From: Fimicolochytrium jonesii
Taxonomy: Eukaryota
DNA length: 64,000 nt
Direction: 5' to 3'
NCBI RefSeq assembly: GCF_025526975.1
Contig: NW_026515678.1
Coordinates: forward strand, 1 to 64,000
Positions 59,551 to 64,000 of this stretch are shown here, in pieces (within the stretch, counting starts at the first letter, position 1; each line of letters starts with the position of its first letter). The notes below the pieces were generated by a model. It was not told the origin of the DNA. It made no database searches and worked only from the letters and a program-made list of their open reading frames with translations. A program made the translations under genes and the position numbers.

Positions 59551-61213
59551 CCGCCAATGATCCCAATGAAGCGGGTCTCGTCATCGCTCCGTGACACGGA
59601 TGACGAGTTGTCTGCGTTTCTCGAGCATTGTGACGCAACAACGCCGTGCAGATCCTATTCCATACCGCCGTCGATGGCGTAACACGGCCACGGATACCCT
59701 AGCAAAAAATTAGATCGTCGATGGGGGCTTCGAACGTCGGACTTGAAGCCTGACGCAGATCAATCATCACAACCCAAGCGCCTTCACTCCGAGAATATCA
59801 CACCAACCTCATCAGGGACCGACACGTCCAGACGCATCTGTAAGTGCTTTCCACTCCGATGAGCTATCGAGCCCCGTAGTTGCCCCGCGGACTCAGACGA
59901 GGGTGCAGCTATTGCTGCCGTTCAGATTAACGGATGTTAGGAAGGTCCATATGAGCATCATCGATACCGTGGGCATCAACTCAGGTCGGCGTACGATGGG
60001 ACCTCTTAGTAAGGGGTAACTATCGGATGCAATTTGGGTCACTTTCACCAATTGAGCCGTGAAGTAGGGGCCCCTTAGCCCAACCAAACGACGATGACCG
60101 AATGAATATACGAGGGAACCTTTGGATGAGATTCGATCTTCATGCATACGGACATTGGAAACTATGGATCTTCTGAAGGAACGACCAGGCATATGGCAGT
60201 GTTCCATTTTCTGGATGAAGGATACTTGCGGTTGTACCGCCGTCGTTTCCGGATGAAACGCCGGCGGAGTCCCTGACATTTTTTCTTTTCTTACAGCATT
60301 GGATCAGTAACTGGCCGCAGGCACTTGACGGTGATCAGAGAGATGAGCAAATACGACGAGGGTAGCGGAGATTATTGTTTTGAGTCGCTGTATGGCATCG
60401 CTTGCAAGGGATATGCGTTTTGTGGGCGAGGGGCACACAGTTATCAGTGAGACAGCATATACATTGGTATATTGTAGTACACAATCGTTTTCACATATCC
60501 AATATCATGCATGATACAAAGCCATAAGTAATCGAGAGCTGATTTGTGGATTGACGCTATATTTTCAGCTATCAAGACTCCGATGATGCAGGTCAAATTG
60601 CAAATTTTGACGGAGACTACATCAGATGTTTCGGGTGTGGTAACAGCTCCTTCGCATATTATCAGAGCACTGCAAGACCACTCATTTCCTCTCACTGACT
60701 TGCGATGAACGCAACGATGCCAAGCAGCTTCGATCAACAATGTCCAGGTACGTCGTCCGCTCACGCCGAGTCCGCTGAAGGGTGGAATTTACGACATATG
60801 GCTGGCTCGCACCTGTTTCTCTCAGGCGGCGATGCAAAGCAAGTAACCGTCTCAAACTCAACCGCTAACAGATGCATGGTTCGGGCAGTATTGCAAGAGG
60901 ACGGCGATCAACGACACACAATAAGAAATGAGGCCACGACAGGTTATGATTTTTCTGAAAATGATGTATTCCGCGCAGAAGACATGTATGTACAGAGCCA
61001 TTGATCTTTTCATTCGCGGCGAAAGCCACGCGCCAAAGCAGGGGGGAGGTGAGAGAGCGAGAACGAGAGAGAAAAAAACCAGCCCCCTGCAGCTATCGAC
61101 GGGATCAAAAACGGAAAGAGAACGACGGGACGCTACGAAAAGGCGGTGATGATTGCGAGGGTGAAGGTATGATTGAGTAGCGCCGGACGGTGAAGGATTG
61201 GTGTAGGGTGAGT

Positions 61214-61708
61214 TTACTTGACGCGGTTGGGGTTTGCGGGCGAGTTCTTCCAGTTGGCTGAGAGTGACGAAGACAAAGGGAAACAATGAGCATCGTGTTC
61301 GAGGGATAGAGGAGTCGCGGTGCCGAGGAGGGACAATGATACTTACATGCCGCGAGCTTGAAGGCTTCCTTGTGGGCGATGTTGGGGTTCTCTTGCTTCA
61401 CCTTGGCGAGCTCAGTCTGAGAGTCGGGTGGGGAAGATGAGGAAATGTGAGCATGTGTGTTTGAGAGCAGGCAGTCGACGACGAAGTAGTTAGACGCGTC
61501 AACGTACCTTCATGAACAAGTTGTAAGGCGAGGCACCGCGCTTGCCAGCTGCATAGGTAAGGAGGAGACGATGAGCAAGTGGTGACCAGTGAACTGAGAT
61601 AGGGGATTGCTGTGCGGGAATGTGCACGATGGCGAGCATCTTGCGGAAGCTCTGGTACTTACCGGGCTTCTTGGGAGTCGCGGTCTTGTCAGTCTTTGCC
61701 TTGGGCAT
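61214..61708 (-). CDS. Small YABBY/HMG-box-like DNA-binding protein, 4 exons
   Basis: MPKAKTDKTATPKKP / AGKRGASPYNLFMK / TELAKVKQENPNIAHKEAFKLAA / NWKNSPANPNRVK, joined by GT-AG introns. Confidence 0.85.
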
Positions 61709-62310
61709 AGTTGGGATAGGTAGTTGGTAGTAAGGTACGGGTAAGGGTGGTAGTAGTAAGTTGCTACTAGTAGATAGTAGATGGATGGATGCGTGCTATG
61801 AAGTTTGCTATGGGGCGTGGAAGGAGGGAAGACTGCAAGACTGGGGCGACTAAGTGGGGTCTCTTATATACGCGCTAGCAGGGGAGCGACCAAGGCGGGC
61901 CTAGGAGAGAGCCCCCCCCATCGCCCCATAGCAAACTCCTATTAGCCGTCCAATCATATAGGGAAACGCGTGACCATCGCAATTTGAAGGAGGTGACTCA
62001 CCGCCGTTCGCGCGACTTATTGAAGAAAGAGAGAGCCCTTGTTGGATGTGATTGGACCCAAGACCGCGAGGAAGGTCGCACATACAATATGCCCTTACTC
62101 AGAAATCCGCGCAACAGAATGCATGGGGCTCCTGCTGCTGCTGCTGTGCTTGCATATAAGAGGCCGAGGCATCTTTGTTCGCCGATGTTGACTTTTGGGC
62201 TCTCTTCTTATCTACGTATTTCGATCGATTCTTCAACCTTCGGCGAGGACCATCTTTCGGTTGCTTCGGATAGGAGCTGTTTCTAGTTCCAGTCAGTACT
62301 TACTGTTTCT

Positions 62311-62352
62311 CCTCGCAGACCACCTCGCAGACCACCTCGCAGACCACCTCGC
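62311..62352 (+). repeat. 12-bp tandem repeat x3.5
   Basis: (CCTCGCAGACCA)n. Confidence 0.85.
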
Positions 62353-63729
62353 CTTTCCTCAGAGAGCCTGCTCGAGACCCACCCTTCGCCATCGCACCTA
62401 TTTAGAGGCATCGCTCAAGCTGTTCGGCGCAGTCGTCGTATACAGGTGTCACTGGAACTTGTAGAAGTCCCCCATGAAACACCTCTCAACAACGACGAAG
62501 CACCTCTTCTGTCTCGATCCCCACCGACCACTTCCTTATCGCCCATCGCCACTGCACCTCCACGTCGGTTCGCAGTCAGGGCACCATGTCATCGCACATT
62601 TCGTTCCTCGGCACAGTCACGTCAACTGTCTCGGAACCTACCTCTTGATGACCTTCCCTCGCCCATGGCATATACCGTTCATCGCCGATGTAGTCGCTTA
62701 CGATCTTCCCAGGATGGCACAGGTAAACCAGGCTCGGGAATGCTCTAAGAATGTGTAGTTGGACATGGTCCCATTTCTTTCCTGGATGTCCGAAAATCTG
62801 TCCCCATCGCGCCCGTCCGAAAATAAGTGTCGGGTACGTACGTAAAATTCGAGCAACCTTATTATCCCGGTGGGATTGGCAAAGAAGTGACGACGGGATG
62901 AGGACCAGGTCTCCTTCTGTGCGTCGACCCTCGTTCCTGAAGGGCAGCCCCCTTCCCCACCGGCATGCACTTCATGTACTCTTTGAACGGAAACTTCCTT
63001 GCGCAATGCTGCAATTGGGCTGGTTGAAGTTCTACTACGGGGACGTACATACGGTAGCCGTGCCCATGACCTCAAATAACACCGTCGTGCCCGTCGCTCA
63101 AAAAACCATGTGAATCCAATACGAGCATGCCCGAATTCAACTCGGAGCAAGTCCTGCTGCTACTGTACATCTGATATGAAGCCATTACGAGCTTTCTCCG
63201 ACAAGGGCTCTTTTCAGGCTCTTTGTCACGTTCGTGGCCAGTGTTCTGGATCGTTTCTGTATCGCAGGACGGAATGAGATTTGATGCACAAATGCCAATA
63301 AGCTACAAATTCAGCGCCCATCTTTGCCTTCCAAGCCTCCATCTCCCCGGCCAACAGCCTGAGCGTCCGAGATTCCCCCATCTCTTTCGCCAAGACTAAC
63401 ATCGACACAAACAGAGGAAGCCAGATTTCGCAACGCACGAAGGAATCCTTTTGGGTAATGCACACTGGCAAAATATGTTTTCAAACACAGAAGGAAACGC
63501 AGGCTTTCCACACTACAAAATTTCAAAAAAGAAAAAGGGGGGAAGAACATTCGAGAGGGAGACTCTTCTAAAGATCTCTTACTCTCCCCTTCTAACTGTC
63601 CCCTACATGTTTTATGACTTTCCTCTCCTCGAACGCGGCTATTTAGAAGTGATGTGTATGTGCCAAGGCAACAAAATGGTATAAGGCTACTTCATGACGA
63701 GGAAAGGAGAGAGGCGGGGAAGTGTCCAT

Positions 63730-64000
63730 TTATTGAACAGAGATGGTCGCCTCCGTTGGCTGCGTGTCGAGCTTGGCCTTCGACAACGTCCTCTCGGGGG
63801 CCGCAGGCATGGAAGAGTGTGCGGTGGCGTTTTCCTTGGCCATCATGATCTCGTACGCGACCTCGCCCATCTCGCTCATGTCGTTTCCGTGCTCGTGGTG
63901 GTCGGCTCCGGGGCGGATGTGGAGGCCGGGGATCTTGTTCAGGATGAACAAGATGAGGAGGGAGAGGAAGAAGGACCATGCCGCGATGGTAACGCATCCA
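63730..64000 (-). CDS. Ammonium transporter (Amt/Mep), C-terminal part; continues beyond the window
   Basis: AAWSFFLSLLILFILNKIPGLHIR...GNDMSEMGEVAY matches the Amt/Mep last helix and tail motif. Confidence 0.85.
   Translation of the reverse strand, partial: GCVTIAAWSFFLSLLILFILNKIPGLHIRPGADHHEHGNDMSEMGEVAYEIMMAKENATAHSSMPAAPERTLSKAKLDTQPTEATISVQ

Noticed and set aside
60300..60600. Possible PH-domain remnant (ADLWIDAIFSAIK)
   Set aside because: A single short motif amid stops; insufficient evidence.

Overview
Eukaryotic, intron-containing fungal DNA; the gene content and style suggest an early-diverging fungus such as a chytrid, though this is inference. The window appears to lie near a left chromosome end. 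The first 11.4 kb is not a plain telomere. It is an ordered head-to-tail array of short ORF-carrying elements embedded in (CCCTAA)n tracts. Family A is about 2.13 kb (one full copy and one cut by the window edge). Family B is about 1.6 kb (4 copies) and encodes a 180-aa protein with a C-terminal C4 zinc ribbon. There are also four 52-bp mini-copies of the B right end. A and B are otherwise unrelated but share a right-end junction (GTCYTG|TAACCC) and a GAAAATT(C)TCTAAGTCCC motif. No reverse transcriptase, transposase or helicase is visible in them, so they look like non-autonomous telomere-embedded elements, architecturally reminiscent of MoTeR2 or Athena/Coprina arrays. A truncated acidic-tail ORF and short repeats follow. 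The rest is mostly ordinary genes: GFA/CENP-V, an F-box gene broken by one in-frame TGA, SET1, an arrestin, an ELO elongase, a PL1 pectate lyase, a RING protein, FAM72, an F-box protein, OMA1, TMA46/ZC3H15, TSC13, TatD, a YABBY/HMG-like protein and the 3' end of an ammonium transporter. It also holds a TIR-bounded 1.2-kb element and a decayed coding region at 56-59.5 kb. All gene models and family calls were made by eye and need confirmation.
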